Source: an uncultured bacterium
GTDB lineage: Bacteria; Actinomycetota; Acidimicrobiia; Spongiisociales; UBA5794
Direction of reading: 5' to 3'
Assembly (NCBI GenBank): GCA_965368515.1
Contig: CBDUNF010000003.1
Coordinates: 1 to 44,769 of the forward strand
DNA: 44,769 bases
Positions within the stretch are counted from its first letter, which is position 1; each line of letters begins with the position of its first letter. The notes beneath the pieces are model-generated. The model searched no databases and was not told the origin of the DNA. It was given only the letters and a program-made list of their open reading frames with translations. A program made the position numbers and the translations under genes. Positions 35,645 to 44,343 of this stretch are shown here, in pieces.

Positions 35645-37095
35645 CCGACATGAGACCCAATGAAGCAAGGCTTCGCATCGGCTATGTCGGGGTGGCGTTC
35701 GCATCGTATTACGGCATCGAGCTAAATCAGTACGGCAGAGCGATCAGTGGTCTGAGCGGCCTTGCGGATCGGCTCGATTTCGAACTGGTCGCGATCAAGG
35801 ATCCTGTAACCGACATCGAGCTCGCCGAAGCGGCAGCAAGAGAACTGAAGGCGCAGCAGGTCGATTTCCTGATGGTGCAGTTGGCGACGGTCGCCTCCGG
35901 GGAGCTGGTGTTGCCATTTGCCGATGTCGCACCACGGATTGGCATATGGGGCACCCCGGACCCCCACCAGGAAGGTGAGATCAAGCTGCACTCGCTGGTT
36001 TCGGTCAACCACTACGCGTCGATCCTGACCCGCTACCTGCGCGAGGATGCCCCGCCGTACAAGTGGTTCTTCGGGCATGTCGACGACCAGGAGTTCATCG
36101 AGCGTTTCGAGGTCACCGCAAGGTCATTGCGGGCCATCAAGAGGATGTCCACGGCGCGGATCGGATGGATCGGCGGCAACTCGCCCGGGTTCTACAACAT
36201 GAACTTCGAAGAGACTCAGATCAGGTCACGGCTCGGGACCAGGGTTATCGCTCATGAGTTTGGAGAACTGGCGGAGCTAACCGATGCAACCGATCGGGCC
36301 GAAGCCAAGCAGGTCGTAGCCGACCTCACCGCCGCTGCGGCCAATGTGACCGCGGGTGCGGACGGTATGGAAAGAGGCGCTCGCCTCTACCTCGCTCTCA
36401 AGCAGCTTGCGATCACCAACGGTTACTCGGCGTTGGCAGTTCAGTGCTGGCCGAAGTTCCAGGAAATCTTGGGGGTGGCTCCGTGCATGGCGTACAGCTG
36501 GCTCGGTTCCGAGGACGGCTTTGCGGTGTCGTGTGAAGGCGACGTCCCCGGCGCCCTATCGATGCTGCTCCTCAACGAACTCGGCGATCGATCGGGTTCA
36601 TCGACGTTGCTCGACATGACCGCCCTGGACCCGGCAACCAATACGATGTTGATGTGGCACTGCGGCGTCAGTCCCCGGCATTTTGCCAATGAGGACGGGA
36701 TCACCTGGATTGACCACCCCACCCTGGGACGAAAGTCGCCAGACGTATACGGCGTTGCCGGAGACCAAGTCTTCGCCCCCCAGGAAACCACGATCACCTA
36801 TGTCGGTGACAACGCCTCGGAGTTGCTGGTGGTCCGTGCCCGTATCGAGGAACACCCCGCCAAAGGTTTCACCGGTACCCGGGGTTGGTTTGGGGGATTT
36901 GAGCTCAATGGGGAGCCGATTGAGCTAGCAGATCTTGTCAACACACTCGTCGTCCGCGGCCACGAGCATCACTATGCGGTTGGTCAGGGCGACTCGAGCG
37001 ACGAGTTGTTGGAAGTTGCAGCCTGGTTAGGCATGCGAACAGTTGAACGCGTCGGCACCGCCCGGCATCTACAGAGACCGGGGGTGAACTGCTGA
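35641..37095 (+). CDS. L-fucose/L-arabinose isomerase-like aldose-ketose isomerase
   Basis: ALAVQCWP, PCMA, SCEGDVPGA, WHCG and HEHHYAVG patterns of the FucI-like family. Confidence 0.82.
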   Translation: MTDMRPNEARLRIGYVGVAFASYYGIELNQYGRAISGLSGLADRLDFELVAIKDPVTDIELAEAAARELKAQQVDFLMVQLATVASGELVLPFADVAPRIGIWGTPDPHQEGEIKLHSLVSVNHYASILTRYLREDAPPYKWFFGHVDDQEFIERFEVTARSLRAIKRMSTARIGWIGGNSPGFYNMNFEETQIRSRLGTRVIAHEFGELAELTDATDRAEAKQVVADLTAAAANVTAGADGMERGARLYLALKQLAITNGYSALAVQCWPKFQEILGVAPCMAYSWLGSEDGFAVSCEGDVPGALSMLLLNELGDRSGSSTLLDMTALDPATNTMLMWHCGVSPRHFANEDGITWIDHPTLGRKSPDVYGVAGDQVFAPQETTITYVGDNASELLVVRARIEEHPAKGFTGTRGWFGGFELNGEPIELADLVNTLVVRGHEHHYAVGQGDSSDELLEVAAWLGMRTVERVGTARHLQRPGVNC

Positions 37096-37223
37096 CGACG
37101 AAGTGGCCCGGCCGGCGTGACTGCCGGCAGGGATGCGGATGGCGCCTTCAGCCAACGGCTGCAATCGTCCGCCGCGAGAGGATCGGACTCATTCCAGTTC
37201 GAACAAATACGAGGAGAAGGTAT

Positions 37224-38573
37224 ATGACACATCTGAAGGGCAGCAGCTGGCGATGGTTGCTGGCATTGATGGCCTTTGCGCTGATCGTGGCCGCCTGTGG
37301 TGGCGACGATGACGATGACGCAGGGACCACGGAGACAACAGCTGCTGCGACCGAAAATACAGCCGCAGGGACCGAGACGACCGCAGGATCGACAGAAACG
37401 ACTGCTGCGGCTGGCGGTACGCCGGTCGATGCTCCCGGGTTCAGCACCTGGGAAGAGGTCTTGGCGGCTGCTGACGGCACCACGGTGAACTGGTTCATGT
37501 GGGGTGGCTCGGACACAATCAACGCCAACGTTGACAACGACATCGGTGATGCAATCAAGGAACAGTTCAACATCACGCTGAATCGCGTTCCCGCTGATGC
37601 CGCCGACTTTGTCAACAAGGTCCTGGATGAGTCCGCCGCCGGCGTGACCGAGGACGGCACCATCGATCTCATGTGGATCAACGGTGAGAACTTCGCCACG
37701 CTGAAGAACGCTGGACTGCTCTACGGTCCGTGGTCGGAATCACTTCCGAACGCGATCTACGTGCCTTGGGACGATCCTGCCATCGCCAACGACTTTGGTG
37801 AGCCGGTAGAGGGTCTCGAGTCGCCGTGGGGTCATGCCCAGTTCGTCATCGAGTACGACACTGCGTTTGTAGATGCAGCTCCGACCACGTTCGAGGCGTT
37901 GCAGACCTGGGTCCATGAGAACCCCGGCACGTTCACCTACCCGGCGATCCCGGACTTCGTCGGAAGCGTGTTCATCCGCCATCTGTTCTATTGGGCAGCA
38001 GGCGGACCTGAGCCGTTCTTGGGTGAATTCGACCAGGCAGTGTTTGATCAGTACGCACCCGTAGTTTGGGAGTACCTGAACGACCTCGAGCCCGATCTGT
38101 GGCGCGGTGGAGCGACGTACCCCGAAGGTGCAGCAATGGCGGATCTCATGGCCAACACAGAGATCCACTTCAATCTGAGCTACGACCCGGCGCGGGCGTC
38201 GACGAATATCGCTTCGGGTGTCTATCCCGAGTCGATTCGCACGTTCCAGTTCGACACGGGGACGCTCTCCAACAACAACTACGTGGCAATCCCGTTCAAC
38301 GCAGCCAATCCGGCTGGGGCGATGGTGCTTGCCAACTACATCCTCTCACCGGAGTTCCAGCTGATCATGGCTGACCCGGAGCAGTGGGGCTGGTTGGTGC
38401 CGACCGATCCGTCGACATGGCCCGAGGATGCACAAGCAACGCTGGCCAGCTACGGCACGGGTATCGCCACGATCCCGGCTGCCGAACTGACCTCGAAGGC
38501 GCTGCCCGAGCCACAGGGCGAATGGGTGACGGCCATGGAGGCCGGCTGGATCGAGAACGTTCTCGAGAACTAG
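37224..38573 (+). CDS. ABC transporter substrate-binding lipoprotein (YnjB-like)
   Basis: IVAA-C lipobox and Thr-rich linker. VNWFMWGGS, IDLMWINGENF, ESPWGHAQF, FTYP..PDF.G and LW..G.TYP motifs of the YnjB family. Confidence 0.88.
   Translation: MTHLKGSSWRWLLALMAFALIVAACGGDDDDDAGTTETTAAATENTAAGTETTAGSTETTAAAGGTPVDAPGFSTWEEVLAAADGTTVNWFMWGGSDTINANVDNDIGDAIKEQFNITLNRVPADAADFVNKVLDESAAGVTEDGTIDLMWINGENFATLKNAGLLYGPWSESLPNAIYVPWDDPAIANDFGEPVEGLESPWGHAQFVIEYDTAFVDAAPTTFEALQTWVHENPGTFTYPAIPDFVGSVFIRHLFYWAAGGPEPFLGEFDQAVFDQYAPVVWEYLNDLEPDLWRGGATYPEGAAMADLMANTEIHFNLSYDPARASTNIASGVYPESIRTFQFDTGTLSNNNYVAIPFNAANPAGAMVLANYILSPEFQLIMADPEQWGWLVPTDPSTWPEDAQATLASYGTGIATIPAAELTSKALPEPQGEWVTAMEAGWIENVLEN
37320..37415 (+). 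repeat. Imperfect T-E-T-T-A-A coding repeats (flexible lipoprotein linker)
   Basis: AGTTETTAAATENTAAGTETTAGSTETTAAAG directly after the lipobox and Asp run. Confidence 0.7.
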
Positions 38574-38583
38574 CCAACACATT

Positions 38584-38611
38584 GTGGGGTGCCTCTGCGG
38601 AGGCACCCCAC
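38584..38611 (+). terminator. Perfect 12-bp intercistronic hairpin after the SBP gene (mRNA stabiliser or partial terminator)
   Basis: GTGGGGTGCCTC-TGCG-GAGGCACCCCAC, 10 nt after the SBP stop. Confidence 0.7.
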
Positions 38612-38628
38612 CCAAACCTTCCCGGGAG

Positions 38629-39519
38629 GTGAGCGAACTGAGCGAAGTATCTACAAAGCGGCGTATCAAGGAAGCAGTCAAGATCCCTTTGATGCTGACC
38701 CCCGCCGTCGGGCTGATCGTGCTTCTGTTTGGAGGTGGTCTCCTGGTCGGACTAGGCCAGAGCCTTGGCTACTTCCCGGCGATCGGTCTGCGCGATTTCA
38801 CATTTGAGTACTACTTCTCGGTGCTTACCGACAGCAACTTCCTACGGTCCCTCTGGCTTACGTTCCGGATCGCGTTCATCGCAACGGTTCTCTCCAGCGT
38901 TCTGGCCGTCGGGTTTGCGCTAGTGCTCCGGCAGAAGTTCGGGGGCAGCAAACTCGCCACGTTCCTCTTCCAGATACCGATCCCGGTGCCACATCTCGTT
39001 GCGGCCAGCGGCATCATTCTGCTGATCACTCAGAGTGGACTGATTGCCCGGCTCGGCACAGCAATGGGTGTGATAGACGTTCCCGCCGACTTCCCCGCCC
39101 TGGTCTTTGACAAGGCCGGGATCGCCATCATCCTGACCTTCCTGTGGAAGGAGGTCCCATTCGTTGGGTTGGTTGTGCTTGCCATCCTGCAGAGCGTGGG
39201 GCCCCAGTATGAGGAGCAGGCGAGAACACTCGGTGCTAATTCGCGGCAACGATTCTTCTCGGTGCTCTTGCCCCTGATCATGCCGGGGATCATGTCCACC
39301 TCGATCATCATCTTCGCCTTCACCTTCGCCAACTACGAGATCCCCCTCTTATTAGGAGTGAGATTCCCGACGACGTTGCCGGTGGTGGCATACCGCCAAT
39401 ACCAGGACCCCGATCTGGCTCTACGGCCAGAGGCAATGGCGATCAGCATCGTCCTGGCTTTCGTGGCCATCCTCCTGCTGATCGCCTACCGGCGCCTAGC
39501 TAAGTATGCGGTGAGCTGA
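38629..39519 (+). CDS. ABC transporter permease subunit 1 (PotB/YnjC-like)
   Basis: Six TM segments, WKEVPF and EAA loop YEEQARTLGA. Start uncertain (GTG 38629, CTG 38638 or a later ATG). Confidence 0.9.
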   Translation: MSELSEVSTKRRIKEAVKIPLMLTPAVGLIVLLFGGGLLVGLGQSLGYFPAIGLRDFTFEYYFSVLTDSNFLRSLWLTFRIAFIATVLSSVLAVGFALVLRQKFGGSKLATFLFQIPIPVPHLVAASGIILLITQSGLIARLGTAMGVIDVPADFPALVFDKAGIAIILTFLWKEVPFVGLVVLAILQSVGPQYEEQARTLGANSRQRFFSVLLPLIMPGIMSTSIIIFAFTFANYEIPLLLGVRFPTTLPVVAYRQYQDPDLALRPEAMAISIVLAFVAILLLIAYRRLAKYAVS

Positions 39520-39520
39520 C

Positions 39521-40402
39521 ATGACCACTGATACCAAACCCCAAGATCAGCAAGAAGCTCCGAAGGAGTTCGAAGCCAACGTCGACCCGGACTCGCCGGC
39601 TACCCGTTGGGTGCGCCGCCTTGCCGTCAGCTCGATTGTCGTATTCGTCGGTCTACCGATGGTGACGCTCTTCGTCTGGTCGTTTGCTTTCCGCTGGAAC
39701 TTCCCCAACCTGCTTCCCACCGAGTGGGGCATGCGCGCATGGACCTACGTTGCCGACGATTCATCCCGGGTCTTCGAAGGCCTATGGAACAGCACCAAGC
39801 TGGGAGTCCTGGTCACCCTGATGGCAATCATCGTCGGGTTGCCGGCCTCGCGAGCGCTCGGCCAAAACGAGTTCAGGGGCAAGTCGACCGTTGAATGGCT
39901 GCTGATGATGCCGATCATTGTCCCGGCCCTCGTGGCGACGATGGGAATCCATCAGATATTCATCCGGCTCCGTCTCACCGAGACTCTGTTCGGAGTGGCG
40001 CTCGTCCACCTCATACCTTCCATCCCGTACTTCGTGCTGGTGATGGCAAGCGTGTTTGCCAACTACGGCACCGCGTTGGAGGAGACGGCACGGACGCTCG
40101 GTGCCAATCGATACCACGTGTTCCGGTATGTGACGCTGCCCGCGATTTCGTCGGGGCTCGTCGTGGCATCGATGTTCACCTTCCTCATCTCGTGGGGTCA
40201 GTACGTGACCACCCTCCTCATCGGGGGAGGTACGTTCGTGACGTTGCCCCTTGTCTTGTTCCCATTCTTGAGTGGAGGCAACCAATCAAACGCCGCAGCG
40301 ATCAGCCTGGTCTTTGTTGCTCCAGCAGTGATTGCACTTGTAATGACGTCGCGCCAACTCAGCCGCGATTCCAGTGTCATGGGAGGTTTCGGAAAGATAT
40401 GA
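39521..40402 (+). CDS. ABC transporter permease subunit 2 (PotC-like)
   Basis: WNFPNLLP, EAA loop LEETARTLGA and FLISWGQY. Confidence 0.92.
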   Translation: MTTDTKPQDQQEAPKEFEANVDPDSPATRWVRRLAVSSIVVFVGLPMVTLFVWSFAFRWNFPNLLPTEWGMRAWTYVADDSSRVFEGLWNSTKLGVLVTLMAIIVGLPASRALGQNEFRGKSTVEWLLMMPIIVPALVATMGIHQIFIRLRLTETLFGVALVHLIPSIPYFVLVMASVFANYGTALEETARTLGANRYHVFRYVTLPAISSGLVVASMFTFLISWGQYVTTLLIGGGTFVTLPLVLFPFLSGGNQSNAAAISLVFVAPAVIALVMTSRQLSRDSSVMGGFGKI

Positions 40403-41481
40403 CGAACGTATCGCTTCAACAGCTGTCGCGTCGGTTTGGTGACCATCTCGCCGTCCGCGAACTCAATCTCGATATCGAGTCGGGAGAAATGGTTGCCTTT
40501 CTCGGCCCATCAGGCTGCGGCAAAACAACAACTCTGAGAATGATCACCGGTCTCCTGCAACCCACGTCGGGCGACATACTCTTTGACGGGGAGTCGGTTC
40601 TCGACATCCCGACCGAGAAACGCGGGGCCGTGATGGTGTTCCAGAAGCACCTTCTCTTCCCCACAATGAACGTTGCACAGAACGTCGGTTTCGGTCTCAA
40701 GATGGCCGGCGTCGAGAAATCCGAAATCAATCGACGAGTTATGGAGATGCTCGAGCTCGTCGAGCTCCCCGAGCTGGCGAATCGGAAGGCCCACGAACTC
40801 TCCGGTGGCCAGCAACAGCGCATCGCCCTGGCCCGTGCCCTCGTCGTCAAGCCCCAGGTGCTTCTGCTTGACGAGCCACTGGCGAACCTCGATGCCAACC
40901 TGCGAATAACCATGAGACAGCTGATTCGTGACATTCAGAGCGAGATGGGGATCACTGCGATCTTCGTCACGCACGACCAGGAGGAAGCTGTGATGCTCGC
41001 CGATCGGGTGGCCTTGATGTTCGACGGCATTCTCCAGCAGGTCGGTCAGCCCGATGCCTTCTATCGCAGTCCGCGGACGAAGCGAGTTGCCCAGTTCTTC
41101 CGGAGCAGCAACTTCCTTGAAGGTACCCGTACCGGATCGACTGTGACCACCAGGGTCGGTGAGATCACGGTCGATCCTGAATGGGTTCCCGGGGGTGATG
41201 GTCCCGTGGTCCTGGCAGTCCGGCCCGAAGACGTCGAGCTTTCCTCGGCCGAGTCCGGTGACGAAAACCGGATCATCGGCAGGGTGTCCTCCCTCATCTA
41301 CATGGGTTCGCATACCCAGCTTGTAGTCGAAGTGGACGGCACAATCTGGCATGTCCAGGGCTCGGCTCTGCTCCGGGCCGATGAGGGGGACCAGATCTAT
41401 CTTCGTCTTCCGCGCCAGCGAGTCTGGATTGTGGAAGATGACGGCGTCGAAACAGTTGCGGAAGGGTCGGTAGCGGTATGA
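40399..41481 (+). CDS. ABC transporter ATP-binding subunit (PotA/FbpC-like with TOBE domain)
   Basis: GPSGCGKTT, LSGGQQQRIALARA, LLLDEPL and VTHDQEEA. ATG at 40399 overlaps the permease stop. Confidence 0.95.
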   Translation: MTNVSLQQLSRRFGDHLAVRELNLDIESGEMVAFLGPSGCGKTTTLRMITGLLQPTSGDILFDGESVLDIPTEKRGAVMVFQKHLLFPTMNVAQNVGFGLKMAGVEKSEINRRVMEMLELVELPELANRKAHELSGGQQQRIALARALVVKPQVLLLDEPLANLDANLRITMRQLIRDIQSEMGITAIFVTHDQEEAVMLADRVALMFDGILQQVGQPDAFYRSPRTKRVAQFFRSSNFLEGTRTGSTVTTRVGEITVDPEWVPGGDGPVVLAVRPEDVELSSAESGDENRIIGRVSSLIYMGSHTQLVVEVDGTIWHVQGSALLRADEGDQIYLRLPRQRVWIVEDDGVETVAEGSVAV

Positions 41482-42422
41482 CCTCCGCACCGGCTGATGT
41501 CGGCCTGTCGATCGGCAAGCAAAGGGCGCTGCAGTCGGTCTCGACGGCGGACGAGGTATTCGCAATCCTTGCGATCGACCACATTGGTGCGCTTGCGGGC
41601 GTGGTGCGGCCGGATGATCCTTCATCGGTCACCACCGACCAGCTGGTGGAAATCAAGGCCAAGGTTGTTGAGTTGCTCGGCGGAGATGCGTCCGGTGTCT
41701 TGTTGGACCCTGTCCTTGCGCTCGAACCGATCATCCGGCGCGGCGCTCTGCCCGGCAACGTCGGAATGCTGGTGGCGCTCGAGGACGGTGACTACGCATC
41801 GCTTGGGCGCTCCCCACGCCTTTTCGAAGGCTGGGATGTCGGCCGGGCCGCTGCGAGCGGCGCCACTGCGATCAAATGCTCATTCTGGTATGACCCGTTT
41901 TCGCCGTCGGAGGACGCACACCAGTTCGTCATGGACCTCGTTGCCGGCTGCGATCGTCACGGTCTTCCGCTGTTTGCGGAGCCCCTCGTCCCGAAGACCG
42001 CAACCGCAAGTGTGCGTTCGGTTGTAGTTGAGACTGCTCGCAAGATCGGTGGACTCGGCGTAGACATCCTCAAGCTCGAGTTCCCCTCGAGCCACCCCCT
42101 CCCCGGGGGCGAATCCGAGTGGAGAGATGCCTGCGCCGAGCTCACTGAGGCGAGCCCACGCCCATGGACATTGCTGTCTGGTGGTGAAGGGTTCGAGACA
42201 TTTGCCAAGCAGCTTGCGGTGGCGTGCGAGAACGGGGCTTCGGGCTATGTCGCAGGACGTGCGGTGTGGAACGACCTGGTTGCCAGCGGCGTAGCGGTTG
42301 ATGGTCCGGAGGTCGGAGAGGCGCGACGGCGTATCGAGGTTCTCTCGGAGATAGCCGCCAGTCATGCGACACCGTGGTCGCGGTGGTTCAACTTCGCCAG
42401 CACAAGCGGAGGTCAATTGTGA
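41478..42422 (+). CDS. Class I aldolase of the LacD/YihT (tagatose-bisphosphate/sulfofructosephosphate aldolase) family
   Basis: LAIDH, SGVLLDP, AIK, Schiff-base motif DILKLEFP, WTLLSGG and GASGYVAGRAVW. Confidence 0.85.
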   Translation: MTSAPADVGLSIGKQRALQSVSTADEVFAILAIDHIGALAGVVRPDDPSSVTTDQLVEIKAKVVELLGGDASGVLLDPVLALEPIIRRGALPGNVGMLVALEDGDYASLGRSPRLFEGWDVGRAAASGATAIKCSFWYDPFSPSEDAHQFVMDLVAGCDRHGLPLFAEPLVPKTATASVRSVVVETARKIGGLGVDILKLEFPSSHPLPGGESEWRDACAELTEASPRPWTLLSGGEGFETFAKQLAVACENGASGYVAGRAVWNDLVASGVAVDGPEVGEARRRIEVLSEIAASHATPWSRWFNFASTSGGQL

Positions 42423-43516
42423 CGATGCCCACGTTTCCAACTATCTCGGCTGAGCGACGGATGCAGATGCTGGCTGTGCCGACGGGCCGGCGCCGAGTTG
42501 TCATCGACACGGACACAGCCAATGAGATCGATGATCAGTTCGCCCTGGCTTGGGCACTGCAATCGCCCGACGTCCTCGATGTGCAGGCGGTGCTTGCGGA
42601 GCCCTACTCGCATACCCATCTCCGCCAGGGGCTTCTTGCGGCCGATGCTGCGCTTGACGCGGATCCTGCAACGGCGGCCGACATCGAAACAATTGACTCC
42701 TTTGCAGGGTGGGCAGCCCGACTGCGCGCCGCCGGCATCAACCCATCGGATATTCCATTCCCCGGCCCTGCCGAGGGTGTGCAGCAAAGTTATGACGAGG
42801 CTATCCGGGTCTACGAGAAGGTCGGTGTTCCGTCGCAAGGCAAAGTGTTCATGGGCTCTGCGGAGTACCTGCCCGCACCGAGCCAACCGGTCGACAGCCC
42901 CGCGGTCGATCGGCTCATTGAGCTGGCAATGGAGCCAGCCGATGACCCGCTTTATGTCGTAGCGATCGGTTGCCTGACCAATGTCGGTTCCGCAATCCTC
43001 AAGCGGCCCGAGATCGTCGAGCGCATGGTGGTGTCGTGGACCGCCGGCTACCCAACCTGGAGTCCACGCTCGAACCTTGGTTCGCTCAACCTCGACCAAG
43101 ATGTCGCTGCCGCTCGTGTTGTTTTCGAGAGCGGCGTGCCGCTCATGTATTTCCCTGGGTTCTACATGGGGGCGCAGCTCCGATTGTCATTGCCAGAGAT
43201 GGAAGCCTGGGTGAAGGGCAAGGGGGAGATCGGTGACTATCTGCATCACCTCTACACGAACAACCCGTTGCACGCTCAGCGCGGCATCAACGATCACTTC
43301 GGGCGGACATGGATCATATGGGACATGATCAACATCGCCTGGCTTCTCGATCCGACCTGGGTCCCGACCGAGCTGGTGCCCACACCAACCTACGACGAGA
43401 ACGAGTATTGGGTTCCGGCCCCCGGTCCGGAACGGCTCATGCGCGAGGCCCACGGTATCGATAGGGATGCGATCTTCAGGGACTTCTTTCGCAAGCTCGA
43501 GACGTCGCAATCGTGA
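42419..43516 (+). CDS. Nucleoside hydrolase family protein (atypical DxDxxNExDD subgroup)
   Basis: VVIDTDTANEIDDQFAL, VAIGCLTNV, NL.QD..AA..VF and IWD motifs. GGAGG SD before GTG 42419 (alternative ATG 42425). Confidence 0.88.
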   Translation: MTMPTFPTISAERRMQMLAVPTGRRRVVIDTDTANEIDDQFALAWALQSPDVLDVQAVLAEPYSHTHLRQGLLAADAALDADPATAADIETIDSFAGWAARLRAAGINPSDIPFPGPAEGVQQSYDEAIRVYEKVGVPSQGKVFMGSAEYLPAPSQPVDSPAVDRLIELAMEPADDPLYVVAIGCLTNVGSAILKRPEIVERMVVSWTAGYPTWSPRSNLGSLNLDQDVAAARVVFESGVPLMYFPGFYMGAQLRLSLPEMEAWVKGKGEIGDYLHHLYTNNPLHAQRGINDHFGRTWIIWDMINIAWLLDPTWVPTELVPTPTYDENEYWVPAPGPERLMREAHGIDRDAIFRDFFRKLETSQS

Positions 43517-44268
43517 GCGAATATCGATCGATCATGGAGTTGACGGCAGCCGACTGGGAGGGCGCAATCGGTCTGTCGGGCGATGATCTCCCGGTGGCCG
43601 TGATCAGCGAGGGAACCTGGTGGCGCGAGCAGCGGACCAGGGAGCGCCTGGAGTTACTCGAAGATGTCCGCGAGCTTCCGTTTCCGGACATCTTCGTTGG
43701 GAGGTGGCACGGCAAACCGGTTGCGTACTGCTGTGCGTACGGTGCGCCGCGTGCGGTTGAAGTCGCACACCTCTTCGGTTCGCTTGGTGCCCGGCTAGCC
43801 GTACAGATTGGATCGTGCGGTGGGTTACAGGGTGGGCTTGCCCCCGGCGACGTTGTCGTCCCGGACGAGGCGGTCTGCGAGGAGGGAATCGCCCGTATCT
43901 ATGGGGCCGGCGACAGTGTTGAATCGACCGCACTCTGGAGCGACCGAGCCCGGAGTCTGCTGGAAGGTCGGGGGCACGTGGCCCACGGTGGCACGCACCT
44001 GACGTGGTATTCGATCTTCGCCCAAAACGGCGGCATGGTGGAGAGCTGGCACGACGCCGGCTACGTCTCGGTCGACATGGAAACCGCAACAACCTTTTCC
44101 GTAGCGCAGCACTTTGGGATGAGTGCTGTTTCCATGCTCGTGGTCTGGGATGAGCTGCTGCGTGGTCGCAGCTTCCTCGACCCACTCGACCTTGAGCATC
44201 AGAAGCGCTTTGACCATGCGTACACGGACCTGTTTGCGGTCGCCCTTGAATTGGTGGACGCACTATGA
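43513..44268 (+). CDS. Nucleoside phosphorylase (PNP/UDP family 1)
   Basis: YGAP.A, QIGSCGGL...GDVVVP..A..EEG, VDMETAT and LVVWD. Confidence 0.85.
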   Translation: MSEYRSIMELTAADWEGAIGLSGDDLPVAVISEGTWWREQRTRERLELLEDVRELPFPDIFVGRWHGKPVAYCCAYGAPRAVEVAHLFGSLGARLAVQIGSCGGLQGGLAPGDVVVPDEAVCEEGIARIYGAGDSVESTALWSDRARSLLEGRGHVAHGGTHLTWYSIFAQNGGMVESWHDAGYVSVDMETATTFSVAQHFGMSAVSMLVVWDELLRGRSFLDPLDLEHQKRFDHAYTDLFAVALELVDAL

Positions 44269-44343
44269 AAACAAGCCAGCCGGGAAATCTGCCTGCATGC
44301 CCCGTCTGGTCAGCATCTGTTCGCAGGCTGAAGGAGTTCACAC

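Noticed and set aside
37320-37415. Possible CRISPR or tandem DNA repeat
   Set aside because: These are degenerate in-frame codon repeats encoding a Thr/Ala linker. They have no constant repeat-spacer structure and there are no cas genes.
39895-40398. Long N-terminal extensions given by the ORF track (ABC ATPase from 39895, lutB from 15233, dhaL from 34838, HxlR from 28792)
   Set aside because: The extensions overlap upstream genes and have low-complexity Arg/Pro-rich translations. Family-typical N-termini begin at the downstream starts I annotated.
35641-42422. Sulfoquinovose (sulfo-EMP) or tagatose-6-phosphate pathway
   Set aside because: The aldolase is YihT/LacD-like, but there is no sulfoquinovosidase, PfkB kinase, sulfolactaldehyde reductase/dehydrogenase or LacAB in the window. 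The nucleoside-cleaving genes do not fit those pathways.
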